A stretch of DNA of 16,102 nt from a virus (taxonomy: Duplodnaviria; Heunggongvirae; Uroviricota; Caudoviricetes). How positions within the stretch are numbered: position 1 is the first letter of the stretch; the number at the start of each line of letters is the position of its first letter. Location of the stretch: positions 1 to 16,102 of the IMG/VR virus record IMGVR_UViG_2778261646_000017; one strand, given 5' to 3'. Shown here in pieces: positions 1 to 7,795 of the stretch. The position numbers and the translations under genes are program-made. The notes below the pieces were generated by a model. The model was not told the DNA's origin. It did not search any database and worked only from the letters and a program-made list of their open reading frames with translations.

Positions 1-1461
1 ATGAAAAAATTACTGCGTCTTTTTTTCCCGCTCTCGCTGCGGGTACGTTTTCTGTTGGCAACGGCAGCGGTAGTACTGGTGCTTTCGCTTGCCTACGGAA
101 TGGTCGCGCTGATCGGTTATAGCGTCAGTTTCGATAAAACTACGTTTCGGCTGTTACGTGGCGAGAGCAATCTGTTCTATACCCTTGCGAAGTGGGAAAA
201 CAATAAGTTGCATGTCGAGTTACCCGAAAATATCGACAAGCAAAGCCCCACCATGACGCTAATTTATGATGAGAACGGGCAGCTTTTATGGGCGCAACGT
301 GACGTGCCCTGGCTGATGAAGATGATCCAGCCTGACTGGCTGAAATCGAATGGTTTTCATGAAATTGAAGCGGATGTTAACGATACCAGCCTCTTGCTGA
401 GTGGAGATCATTCGATACAGCAACAGTTGCAGGAAGTGCGGGAAGATGATGACGACGCGGAGATGACCCACTCGGTAGCGGTAAACGTCTACCCGGCAAC
501 ATCGCGGATGCCAAAGTTAACCATTGTGGTGGTGGATACCATTCCGGTGGAGCTAAAAAGTTCCTATATGGTCTGGAGCTGGTTTATCTATGTGCTCTCA
601 GCCAATCTGCTGTTAGTGATCCCGCTGCTGTGGGTCGCCGCCTGGTGGAGTTTACGCCCCATCGAAGCCCTGGCAAAAGAAGTCCGCGAACTGGAAGAAC
701 ATAACCGCGAATTGCTCAATCCTGCCACAACGCGAGAACTGACCAGTCTGGTACGAAACCTGAACCGACTGTTAAAAAGTGAACGCGAACGTTACGACAA
801 ATATCGTACGACGCTCACCGACCTGACCCATAGTCTGAAAACGCCACTGGCGGTGCTGCAAAGTACGCTGCGTTCTCTGCGTAGTGAGAAGATGAGCGTC
901 AGTGATGCTGAGCCGGTAATGCTGGAGCAAATCAGCCGCATTTCACAGCAAATTGGCTACTACCTGCATCGTGCCAGTATGCGCGGCGGGACATTGCTTA
1001 GCCGCGAGCTGCATCCGGTCGCCCCACTGTTGGACAATCTCACCTCGGCGCTGAACAAAGTGTATCAACGCAAAGGGGTCAATATCTCTCTCGATATTTC
1101 GCCAGAGATCAGCTTTGTTGGTGAGCAGAACGATTTTGTCGAGGTGATGGGCAATGTGCTGGATAATGCCTGTAAATATTGCCTCGAGTTTGTCGAAATT
1201 TCTGCAAGGCAAACCGACGAGCATCTCTATATTGTGGTCGAGGATGATGGCCCCGGTATTCCATTAAGCAAGCGAGAGGTCATTTTCGACCGTGGTCAAC
1301 GGGTTGATACTTTACGCCCTGGGCAAGGTGTGGGGCTGGCGGTAGCCCGCGAAATCACCGAGCAATATGAGGGTAAAATCGTCGCCGGAGAGAGCATGCT
1401 GGGCGGTGCGCGGATGGAGGTGATTTTTGGTCGCCAGCATTCTGCGCCGAAAGATGAATAA
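1..1461 (+). CDS. phoQ: Two-component sensor histidine kinase PhoQ (complete, 486 aa)
   Basis: 486-aa ORF starting [33 protein letters not shown]; periplasmic acidic patch [12 protein letters not shown] region, H-box [10 protein letters not shown], ATPase G-boxes DDGPGI and GQGVGL; recognised as E. coli PhoQ. Confidence 0.97.
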   Translation: MKKLLRLFFPLSLRVRFLLATAAVVLVLSLAYGMVALIGYSVSFDKTTFRLLRGESNLFYTLAKWENNKLHVELPENIDKQSPTMTLIYDENGQLLWAQRDVPWLMKMIQPDWLKSNGFHEIEADVNDTSLLLSGDHSIQQQLQEVREDDDDAEMTHSVAVNVYPATSRMPKLTIVVVDTIPVELKSSYMVWSWFIYVLSANLLLVIPLLWVAAWWSLRPIEALAKEVRELEEHNRELLNPATTRELTSLVRNLNRLLKSERERYDKYRTTLTDLTHSLKTPLAVLQSTLRSLRSEKMSVSDAEPVMLEQISRISQQIGYYLHRASMRGGTLLSRELHPVAPLLDNLTSALNKVYQRKGVNISLDISPEISFVGEQNDFVEVMGNVLDNACKYCLEFVEISARQTDEHLYIVVEDDGPGIPLSKREVIFDRGQRVDTLRPGQGVGLAVAREITEQYEGKIVAGESMLGGARMEVIFGRQHSAPKDE

Positions 1462-1583
1462 ATATGTCCTTTTATCACCACAGCAAGGCAACCCATTGAT
1501 TTAATTAAACAACCCACACTGCAAAAAGTGCTAAAAACAGCAAATTGACTACACCATTAACTACACCGTTCGGTGCACTGTAT

Positions 1584-1610
1584 GAAACAACGTGGAACAA
1601 ATAGACACAA
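1584..1610. promoter_or_regulatory. Partial third copy of the phased GAACAA element (gaAACAAcgtgGAACAAatagacacaag)
   Basis: 17 nt (gaaacaacgtggaacaa) identical to the start of the reverse complement of 14781-14810; lies 123 bp after the phoQ stop. Confidence 0.4.
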
Positions 1611-1900
1611 GAAATATACAGGCGGGTAATCTTTCCAGGGGGAAGCGCACCAATTCATGAGGGGCGTTAATGTCGATATGGGGATCCCCATAACGGGGCT
1701 ACCGGATTTTTTTTCCGGTTAACTGTTAATCAGGCTGGTGGGTTTTACCTGTTCGGTAGGTGTTATGATTATCGTAATACCTTTCCCCCAGTGGGGTAAA
1801 AGCTCCAACCGTAACGATGTTCGTTGTGGTTGCCTTGATGGTCTGCGTGGTCATTATGACCATTCCCAAAAACAACATATTCGTTGTTTTTCTGTGCCCC

Positions 1901-2330
1901 GACCTCCTCAAATTGAGGAGGTCGAAAGTATCAACCAGTTACCGCGCCGACTTCCTCAAATTGAGGTTCCCGAAAATATCAGCGGGTTAACGATCAAACT
2001 GGCGAGTAATTAAACTGCGAAAATTTCGCATGTGAGGGATGTAGTCGGCGCAATTTTGCGCTTTGCTTTAATCTCAGTAAGTTACCGCGCCAACTTCCAC
2101 AGTCTGTGGAAATTGGGAAGAATCAACGGTTTAGGCCTTAATCATCTGCGTAATCATAAGTAATCATAATGTTCATTCAGCCACGCAATTTTGCGTTATC
2201 GGGAATATCAGCAAGTTACCGCGCCGGATTCCGCCAATGGCTGTTTCCGAAAGAATCAACGGGTTAGGCTGGTTTCCCCGATGTTCGCCGCTGGCGAATT
2301 TCGAAAATATCAACCAGTTACCGCCGCAAC
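1901..2330. repeat. Array of seven copies of a degenerate 12-17 bp motif (ATCARC-NR-GTTA, four extended to AGTTACCGCGCC) interleaved with hairpins
   Basis: Motif copies at 1931-1948, 1976-1992, 2074-2091, 2121-2137, 2205-2225, 2254-2269, 2307-2327; perfect 11-bp-arm palindrome gacctcctcaa-a-ttgaggaggtc at 1901-1923 with a degenerate copy at 1949-1970; palindrome ttccacag-t-ctgtggaa at 2094-2110. Confidence 0.6.
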
Positions 2331-2599
2331 CGCTCCGGCTTCTTCCAGTGGTACGTTATTTTTTCTTTCTCCCGATGCAGTTCAACGCGGCGATTGTAGG
2401 CCAGCATTTCAAGAACGCGGATCCGTATGTTGCGCATATCAACATCATTAAGCTGGATACCATCACGGCGCATCACCTCAGCAACAACACGCGCATAATT
2501 TTCGGCTGTCACGCTGTCCGGCTGCGTGGTCTGTTCGTCAGCCTGCTGGTTGATTCCAGAGACGCGGCGGATTAATCGCAGTATTTCGGCTTCTGTCAT
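2318..2599 (-). CDS. Hypothetical protein, 93 aa (orphan gene after TerL; candidate accessory gene)
   Basis: ORF MTEAEILRLIRRVSGINQQADEQ...; GAGG Shine-Dalgarno 9 nt upstream of ATG at 2599; enteric-like codon usage; starts 14 bp after the TerL stop. No family recognised. Confidence 0.55.
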   Translation of the reverse strand: MTEAEILRLIRRVSGINQQADEQTTQPDSVTAENYARVVAEVMRRDGIQLNDVDMRNIRIRVLEMLAYNRRVELHREKEKITYHWKKPERLRR

Positions 2600-2612
2600 G
2601 CTGCTGACCTCA

Positions 2613-4274
2613 TTACACCCCGCTAAATTCTTCCAGTTTCTGGCGGTGGCTGTCGCTTATATCAAAAGCAAAATCCTCATGCTCTGCCTGAAATGTACCA
2701 AACGCCATCAGTGCCGCTACGCTCGGGTCTATCTTGTTCGGTGATTTTTTCTTGTTCGGCTTGATATTGGCGTTCGCGTCACTCTGCATCACGACGTTAC
2801 TCATCGACCAGGACAACACCGGATCGCCACGATGCACAATCACCCTGCGGTTAACAAAAACTTCGAACGATTTCGCCGCCGGACTGAATCTGAGGTAGGT
2901 TTGCGGGAACGGCTCCACCTCAAAGCCTGCCCCCTGTAATTGCGTTCTCAGGTGCGTGGCGTTCCACGTATCGAAGCCCACCCGCCTGATATTAAATTTC
3001 TCGGCGTCCTGCATGATGTCATCTCTGATCCGGTCGTAATCAATGCAGTCGCCAGGCGTTGTGCGTATCCAGCCCGCTTTAGCCCACTGGCGATAGACAG
3101 CGCGATTTTTATTGGCTGGGTTCTGTAGCTGGAACTCCGGCAGATAATGACGGGAAACCAGCATGATATTTTTACCGACCGGAAAGGCATAGCATACGCT
3201 GGAAATATCGCTGGTTGATGATAAGTCCAGCCCCGCGTAACACTCCTGACCGTGTAAATCTTCCTCCGTGAACGTTCCGGTACACTCAGCCCATGCACCA
3301 TTACCCATCCACGGGGTAGTCCCCTGACACCAGATATTAAATCGCTTTGTCATCATCTCCACCCACTGCGACGGAATACCCCGCGCTTTCTGGATGGTTG
3401 AGGCCAGTTTTTCACGATCCACGGAAACATCGATGTTAGGGTTAGCCTTTATCCACATCGCCGGATCATCAACCTCGTTTTCGTCGTCCAGTTCGTAAAT
3501 CAGTACAAAAATTGAATCGTTGACCTCTTCGCCGTCCAGGATCTGGCAGCAATAATCATAGTGCTGCTTACAGGCTGAAACGACGTTACTGCCCGATGTG
3601 GTAATGGCAAATAACAGCCCTTCGGGACGTGCGCCCATCCCCATATCAAGTGCGGAATAAACCCCGTTGTCTGGGTGCAGGTGATATTCATCCACAATGG
3701 CAAGACTCGGGTTTGTCCCCTCAATGGTTGCCGCTTTTGCTGCCAGTGGCTTTAACAGGCTGTTGGTTTTCGGGTGTATCACCTTATGCGCCTGAATATT
3801 CACCCGCCTGCGTAACGGTCGGGATAAAAGGCACATCTGACGCGCATCATCAAAGACGATCCGCGCCTGGTCACGGCTCACCGCTGCGGTGTAGATATCC
3901 TGCTGACCGTTCTCCATAATCAGAAACCAGTTAGCCAGAATCGCGGCGGTCGTGGATTTCGCATTTTTGCGCGGCACTTCGATAAAGGCGCTCGTGTATT
4001 TGCGCCGTCCGGTGGCCTTAACCTTAAAGCCGAGGATGCACGCAAAGGCGAACTGCTGCCACGGCTCCAGCTCAATGGGTCTGCCACGCATCGGTCCTTT
4101 TACGTGCGGGCACACCCTGGAAAAGGCAATAAACCGCTCCACAACCTCACGATCGAACGTGTAAAGGGGGCTTTTAAGGTCCGAAAAGTACCGTTTAACA
4201 GCCTGTTTTAACCGTTTACAGGCCGGAATTTTGCCCGTTTTTACGTCTTCTGCGTACTTATTCCAGGCGGTCAA
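2613..4274 (-). CDS. terL: Terminase large subunit (Terminase_1-type ATPase/nuclease), 553 aa
   Basis: N-terminus YAEDVKTGKIPACKRLKQAVKRYFSDL typical of TerL; Walker A VPRKNAKST; Walker B-like LAIVDEYH; apparent TTG start inside the TerS 3' end with AGAGGA SD (17-nt overlap with TerS). Confidence 0.93.
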   Translation of the reverse strand: MTAWNKYAEDVKTGKIPACKRLKQAVKRYFSDLKSPLYTFDREVVERFIAFSRVCPHVKGPMRGRPIELEPWQQFAFACILGFKVKATGRRKYTSAFIEVPRKNAKSTTAAILANWFLIMENGQQDIYTAAVSRDQARIVFDDARQMCLLSRPLRRRVNIQAHKVIHPKTNSLLKPLAAKAATIEGTNPSLAIVDEYHLHPDNGVYSALDMGMGARPEGLLFAITTSGSNVVSACKQHYDYCCQILDGEEVNDSIFVLIYELDDENEVDDPAMWIKANPNIDVSVDREKLASTIQKARGIPSQWVEMMTKRFNIWCQGTTPWMGNGAWAECTGTFTEEDLHGQECYAGLDLSSTSDISSVCYAFPVGKNIMLVSRHYLPEFQLQNPANKNRAVYRQWAKAGWIRTTPGDCIDYDRIRDDIMQDAEKFNIRRVGFDTWNATHLRTQLQGAGFEVEPFPQTYLRFSPAAKSFEVFVNRRVIVHRGDPVLSWSMSNVVMQSDANANIKPNKKKSPNKIDPSVAALMAFGTFQAEHEDFAFDISDSHRQKLEEFSGV

Positions 4275-4614
4275 GCTCGTCCTCTTCTTCTGTTTCCGGT
4301 GGATTTTTACGGCGGCTTATCGGGTCAAAACCGAGCAAGGAGGCCATTTTTATCATCACTCTTTCAGCGTCGGATTTTGCGCTTAATGCGGGGTTTCTGC
4401 TCTCGCCGCCCTGACTGTTAACAATGCTGAACCCGCGCGCCGCAAGGTCTGCAACGGCTTTCCGGTAAATGGAGTAGTTGACGCAATACAGTTCCAGATT
4501 GCTCCAGTCGGCGGGGGTCAGGTCTCCCCGTTCCGCAAGCTGCCGCGATTTTTCCCGCCACTGCTTCACGGCGATATCATCCAGGTAGGCGGGGGCTTTC
4601 GGTGGTCTTGCCAT
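4258..4614 (-). CDS. terS: Terminase small subunit, P27-family-like, 118 aa
   Basis: MARPPKAPAYLDDIAVKQWREKSRQLAERGDLTPADWSNLELYCVNYSIY...NPALSAKSDAERVMIKMASLLGFDP with acidic C-terminus; directly upstream of and overlapping TerL. Confidence 0.8.
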   Translation of the reverse strand: MARPPKAPAYLDDIAVKQWREKSRQLAERGDLTPADWSNLELYCVNYSIYRKAVADLAARGFSIVNSQGGESRNPALSAKSDAERVMIKMASLLGFDPISRRKNPPETEEEDELDRLE

Positions 4615-4665
4615 GCTTATTTTTCGTCAGATTATTTTTCAAAAAATTCCCGTGCATAAAAATTT

Positions 4666-4724
4666 GGGGAGGCGTTCGGTGCCCGGCGGGGTCGGGTTTG
4701 TCCTGAAAACGCCCCCCACCCCGT
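4666..4724. other. Putative cos (cohesive-end) site: GC-rich segment with partial dyad symmetry in the 288-bp HNH-TerS intergenic gap
   Basis: ggggaggcgttcggtgcccggcggggtcgggtttgtcctgaaaacgccccccacccc; it is the only long non-coding gap in an otherwise overlap-coupled operon; HK97-like cos phages place cos between the HNH gene and terS. Confidence 0.4.
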
Positions 4725-4902
4725 CATACAGCCTCATCAGCGATTGCGGAAACATTCCATAACCTCGCGGTCACGGTCGGTTAATCGCTTCGCTGTGATG
4801 CGTTCTGCGCGTCCTGACGCTTTATCTTTATGCCCTGTTTCCTGTGTCTTCCATGCGTCACGCTGCCTTATAAGTCCACGGATAAGGCGGTTTTGTTCCC
4901 GC

Positions 4903-5343
4903 TCATTCATCAGCGTCATACATCCAGTTATTGCGGTTAGCGGCCCGTTCTTCCTCTTCATGAAATCCACCTGCGGCACGCTTGCTTTTTGTTGCCGGAT
5001 CAAGCCATTTCGTTTTCTGGTTATGACACGCCTGGCACAATGGTTGATGGTTCCATTCGGGCCAGAAGAGAACATCATCACCGCCATTAATCGGGATAAT
5101 GTGATCCACCACCACGGCGGGCGTATATATCCCCTTCTCAAGGCATCGCACGCATAACGGGTTTTTACTCAGATACATGGCGCGGTATTTGTCCCACTGT
5201 CTGGAGTACCCACGCGCGCGGCGGTGTCCTCGTCTGGCATCCTCTGCACGCCATGCCGCCCGCCTGTGCTCCTCACACTTGCCGGACTTCACGCGCCTGT
5301 TACAGCCTGGTTCTGTGCATCGTCTTAATGGTTGCCACGGCAT
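4903..5343 (-). CDS. HNH endonuclease (packaging-associated), 146 aa
   Basis: Cys pairs CTEPGC...C and CVRC...C, HNH core VVDHIIPINGGDD...NHQPLCQACHNQKT; GGGGGTG SD; sits immediately upstream of the cos-like gap and terS. Confidence 0.88.
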   Translation of the reverse strand: MPWQPLRRCTEPGCNRRVKSGKCEEHRRAAWRAEDARRGHRRARGYSRQWDKYRAMYLSKNPLCVRCLEKGIYTPAVVVDHIIPINGGDDVLFWPEWNHQPLCQACHNQKTKWLDPATKSKRAAGGFHEEEERAANRNNWMYDADE

Positions 5344-5639
5344 CAGTACACCCCCACATCACGGTAAGCCGTCCAGAGCGCGCCAATCGTCATGGGTACG
5401 CGCGTTTTTGCGTTATCCGCTACCAGCTGGCGATTCTCGTACAGGTGAGCGATAAACATCATGCAGCCAATCTTTATGGCTGGCGTGAACTCCAGCCCGT
5501 CATCAAAGCGCCTGCCTATATGTATCTGGCACGCCTCAAGCGATGCGGCAATGTATCCGCTGATTAACTGGTCTTCCTCGTCGCCATCGATGCGGCAATG
5601 GAGTTTCACTTCTTCCAGGGTGATAAGTTCTTCTGTCAT
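5343..5639 (-). CDS. gp6-like head-tail connector protein, 98 aa
   Basis: N-terminal LITLEEVKLHCRIDGDEEDQLISGYIAASLEACQ matches the gp6-like connector signature; GAGGG SD; ATGA start-stop overlap with the upstream adaptor gene. Confidence 0.75.
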   Translation of the reverse strand: MTEELITLEEVKLHCRIDGDEEDQLISGYIAASLEACQIHIGRRFDDGLEFTPAIKIGCMMFIAHLYENRQLVADNAKTRVPMTIGALWTAYRDVGVY

Positions 5640-5974
5640 TTTTCCGCGCCCTCACGACAAAGAATTTCAAGGCGTGTCCTGGCGGCATCCGGCAGCGGCT
5701 GCCCGATGATATTCAGTACACGCCCCGCCAGCGGCCCCGTATTGACCTTTATCCGGCTGGTGGCGTTGATGTCCTTCCTGTAGCGTATCCATATCCTTAC
5801 CGTTCCAGTCGCCAGTTCTGCACCCGATGAAATGGCCTCCTTGCTGCTGATCATGTTCACGCTTGCCCAGAGTGTGTGACCGTCCACCCACGTTTCGAGT
5901 ATTTCGCCGGTTATATCCCTGGTCTGTTTCAGGGTCTGAATCGTTACCCTGTCACGCAGTCGCCCTATGTTCAT
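5636..5974 (-). CDS. Head-tail adaptor / head-closure (joining) protein, about 112 aa
   Basis: GRLRDRVTIQ...TGEILETW...LWASV...RIWIRYR pattern of the phage head-tail joining family; start chosen at ATG 5974, which forms an ATGA overlap with the portal stop (the ORF track's longer start at 6016 has no SD). Confidence 0.75.
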   Translation of the reverse strand: MNIGRLRDRVTIQTLKQTRDITGEILETWVDGHTLWASVNMISSKEAISSGAELATGTVRIWIRYRKDINATSRIKVNTGPLAGRVLNIIGQPLPDAARTRLEILCREGAEK

Positions 5975-7182
5975 TCCGGTTTTTCTCCCTCGCTGATTTT
6001 TACTTCCTGTTTCCATGCCTGGCTGAACTCATCACCACCATCACGCGGGGACAGCCCTTCACGTTCGCGGGCTTCGTTCGGGCACATAACGCCGGATTTG
6101 ATGCCGCGTTCATAGGTGGCAAAGCGTTCGCCAGGTGTGGCCCGTAACAGGTCCGCGCTGTCAAACTCCACCTGATACCGGATACCAGGTACAGGTGAGG
6201 CCACCAGCAGGGCGTTTTTTATCTGCTGCTCAAAGTTCGCCAGCCACGGGCGCATCGTCATGGTGAGAAATGCGCGGCTTGCCTCGCTGAAATTGCTGTA
6301 GGTGCTGTTGCTGTATTCCTGCAAAAAAATCGGCGAGACGTTGAACATTCGGGCGATGTCTTCAATGGTGAAGCGACGGGAGGCCAGCCATTCAGCATCC
6401 TGATTACTCATGCCCAGCTGCTGATAGCTCATACCCCCTTCAAGGATGGGCGTTTTTCCGGCGTTTCTGGCCCCTTTGTAGCGTTCCAGTGCGGCTAATG
6501 CCTGTTTGCCCTTCACGCCGTCCAGCCATTCGCCTGACGTGATAACCCCTGCCGCCATCATGCCATCACGCATCACGCTCGCGCCGTGGCGTTGTTGGGC
6601 CAGCCCAAGCCCCAGCGATTCGCGGCAGATGGTTACAGGTGAGCGCCCCATAAAACCGTCATCCGTGGAGTAACGAAGGTGGAGAACCTCCCACGGTAAA
6701 TAGTTGCGGGTGTTTCCGGTGTAGGCGTCAGTGATGCAGTAGCGCCAGTTATGCTCACCTGTCTGCTCCACGTTCACCGACTGCGGCGGGTAAGGATGTA
6801 AAGCCACCGGAAAACCATCACGCCCCCACCGAATCACCGCATAAGCATTACCGTTTAACAGGCAGTGGCGGATCATCATTCGCTTAAACTGGTAGGGGGT
6901 TTGCCACGCGTTCGGGCGCTCGTTGAGGATGTGATCGACCGGATGAGAATCAAGCCACTCGCGGGCCTCCTTCCCCTTCTCATTGCGTACCAGGTACAGG
7001 TAACACGGCATGGTAGCCACCGCCTCAGAGATGACCGTCACGGCGTTCATGACGGCGGGCAGTGATTCCGCTGTCCCCGATGATACGTACTCACCCGCCC
7101 CCGTGTTCGATGTGCCGGCCAGCGCCATAAACTCATCAAGCGTCATGCTGCGCTGCTCTTTTTTTCTTCTGAAAGGCCACAT
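5971..7182 (-). CDS. Portal protein (HK97-family-like), 403 aa
   Basis: 403-aa ORF between protease and adaptor with portal-like features (…FNVSPIFLQEYSNSTYSNFSEASRAFLTMTMRPW…); GGGGGTG SD; start 1 nt after the protease stop. Confidence 0.9.
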   Translation of the reverse strand: MWPFRRKKEQRSMTLDEFMALAGTSNTGAGEYVSSGTAESLPAVMNAVTVISEAVATMPCYLYLVRNEKGKEAREWLDSHPVDHILNERPNAWQTPYQFKRMMIRHCLLNGNAYAVIRWGRDGFPVALHPYPPQSVNVEQTGEHNWRYCITDAYTGNTRNYLPWEVLHLRYSTDDGFMGRSPVTICRESLGLGLAQQRHGASVMRDGMMAAGVITSGEWLDGVKGKQALAALERYKGARNAGKTPILEGGMSYQQLGMSNQDAEWLASRRFTIEDIARMFNVSPIFLQEYSNSTYSNFSEASRAFLTMTMRPWLANFEQQIKNALLVASPVPGIRYQVEFDSADLLRATPGERFATYERGIKSGVMCPNEAREREGLSPRDGGDEFSQAWKQEVKISEGEKPE

Positions 7183-7183
7183 A

Positions 7184-7741
7184 TCACACCCCCGCTAAAT
7201 CCGCCCACCAGCGGCGATTATCCGCACGCGGCATTTTTTCGGGGTGCTGCTCGTACAGGGAGCGGCGGGCCAGCTCCACGCCAGAATCAGGGTAAGCCGG
7301 TACGGATGTAACGGTAATTTCGTACAGTTCCGCCACCAGCACGGTGCGCACGCATGGATCTGTTGTGGTATCCCATACATCCTTACGGGAGCGAAAGCCA
7401 AAGCTCATGCCGGATATATCACCTCGTTTAACCAGTTCGATAACGTCCCGCCCTGTACTGGTATCCGGTGGGGTCAGTTCAAAGCGTAACCCTGTGTCGT
7501 CCTCTTCCAGTTTCAGCGTGCCGGAACGGGTGCGCCCCAGTAACATGCTGTGGTCATGCTCATACAGGCCGCGAACGTCATTACCCGCTGCAAGCCATTC
7601 AGTAAACGCTCCCCGCTGGAATTTTTCGTAAAACTCCCCCCATAGCAGCTCTGAAAGGTTATCCCAGCGAACAACGTAGCCTGTAAGCGTGTTGCTGGCG
7701 CTGGTGGTGATTTCCGATGACCGGATTTCCATACTCTTCAT
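7184..7741 (-). CDS. Prohead maturation protease (HK97-family-like), about 185 aa
   Basis: MKSMEIRSSEITT...GYVVRWDNLSE...DHS..LLGRTRSGTL...GDISGMSFGF motifs; start placed at ATG 7741 (GGTGA SD) because the longer start at 7756 lies directly on the tail of the upstream terminator. Confidence 0.85.
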   Translation of the reverse strand: MKSMEIRSSEITTSASNTLTGYVVRWDNLSELLWGEFYEKFQRGAFTEWLAAGNDVRGLYEHDHSMLLGRTRSGTLKLEEDDTGLRFELTPPDTSTGRDVIELVKRGDISGMSFGFRSRKDVWDTTTDPCVRTVLVAELYEITVTSVPAYPDSGVELARRSLYEQHPEKMPRADNRRWWADLAGV

Positions 7742-7756
7742 AATTTTTTCACCCAT

Positions 7757-7786
7757 AAAACACTAAAGGGGCTTTTAAGCCCCTTC
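7757..7786 (-). terminator. Rho-independent terminator between the capsid and protease genes
   Basis: On the - strand: AAGGGGCT-TAAA-AGCCCCTT stem-loop followed by TTAGTGTTTT, 10 nt after the capsid stop. Confidence 0.6.
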
Positions 7787-7795
7787 TGTATGCTG

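Noticed and set aside
286-1517. Small - strand ORFs inside and just after phoQ (286-471, 943-1224, 1296-1517)
   Set aside because: Antisense shadow ORFs within a well-supported gene.
1462-2317. tRNA or tmRNA gene as the integration target
   Set aside because: I could not find a T-arm (GTTCRANNC) with an acceptor stem or a cloverleaf-compatible segment in the non-coding DNA at the phoQ end, and the int-proximal end is outside the window.
1901-2330. CRISPR array hypothesis for the seven-copy repeat region
   Set aside because: Repeat spacing is irregular (42-100 bp), copies are degenerate, there are hairpins between rather than within repeats, and there are no cas genes in the window.
1726-2575. 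ORFs across the repeat array (1738-2013 +, 1726-1911 -, 2191-2451 +, 2237-2575 +)
   Set aside because: Their translations are dictated by the repeated motifs and palindromes, lack SDs, and the last one is antisense to the better-supported 93-aa gene.
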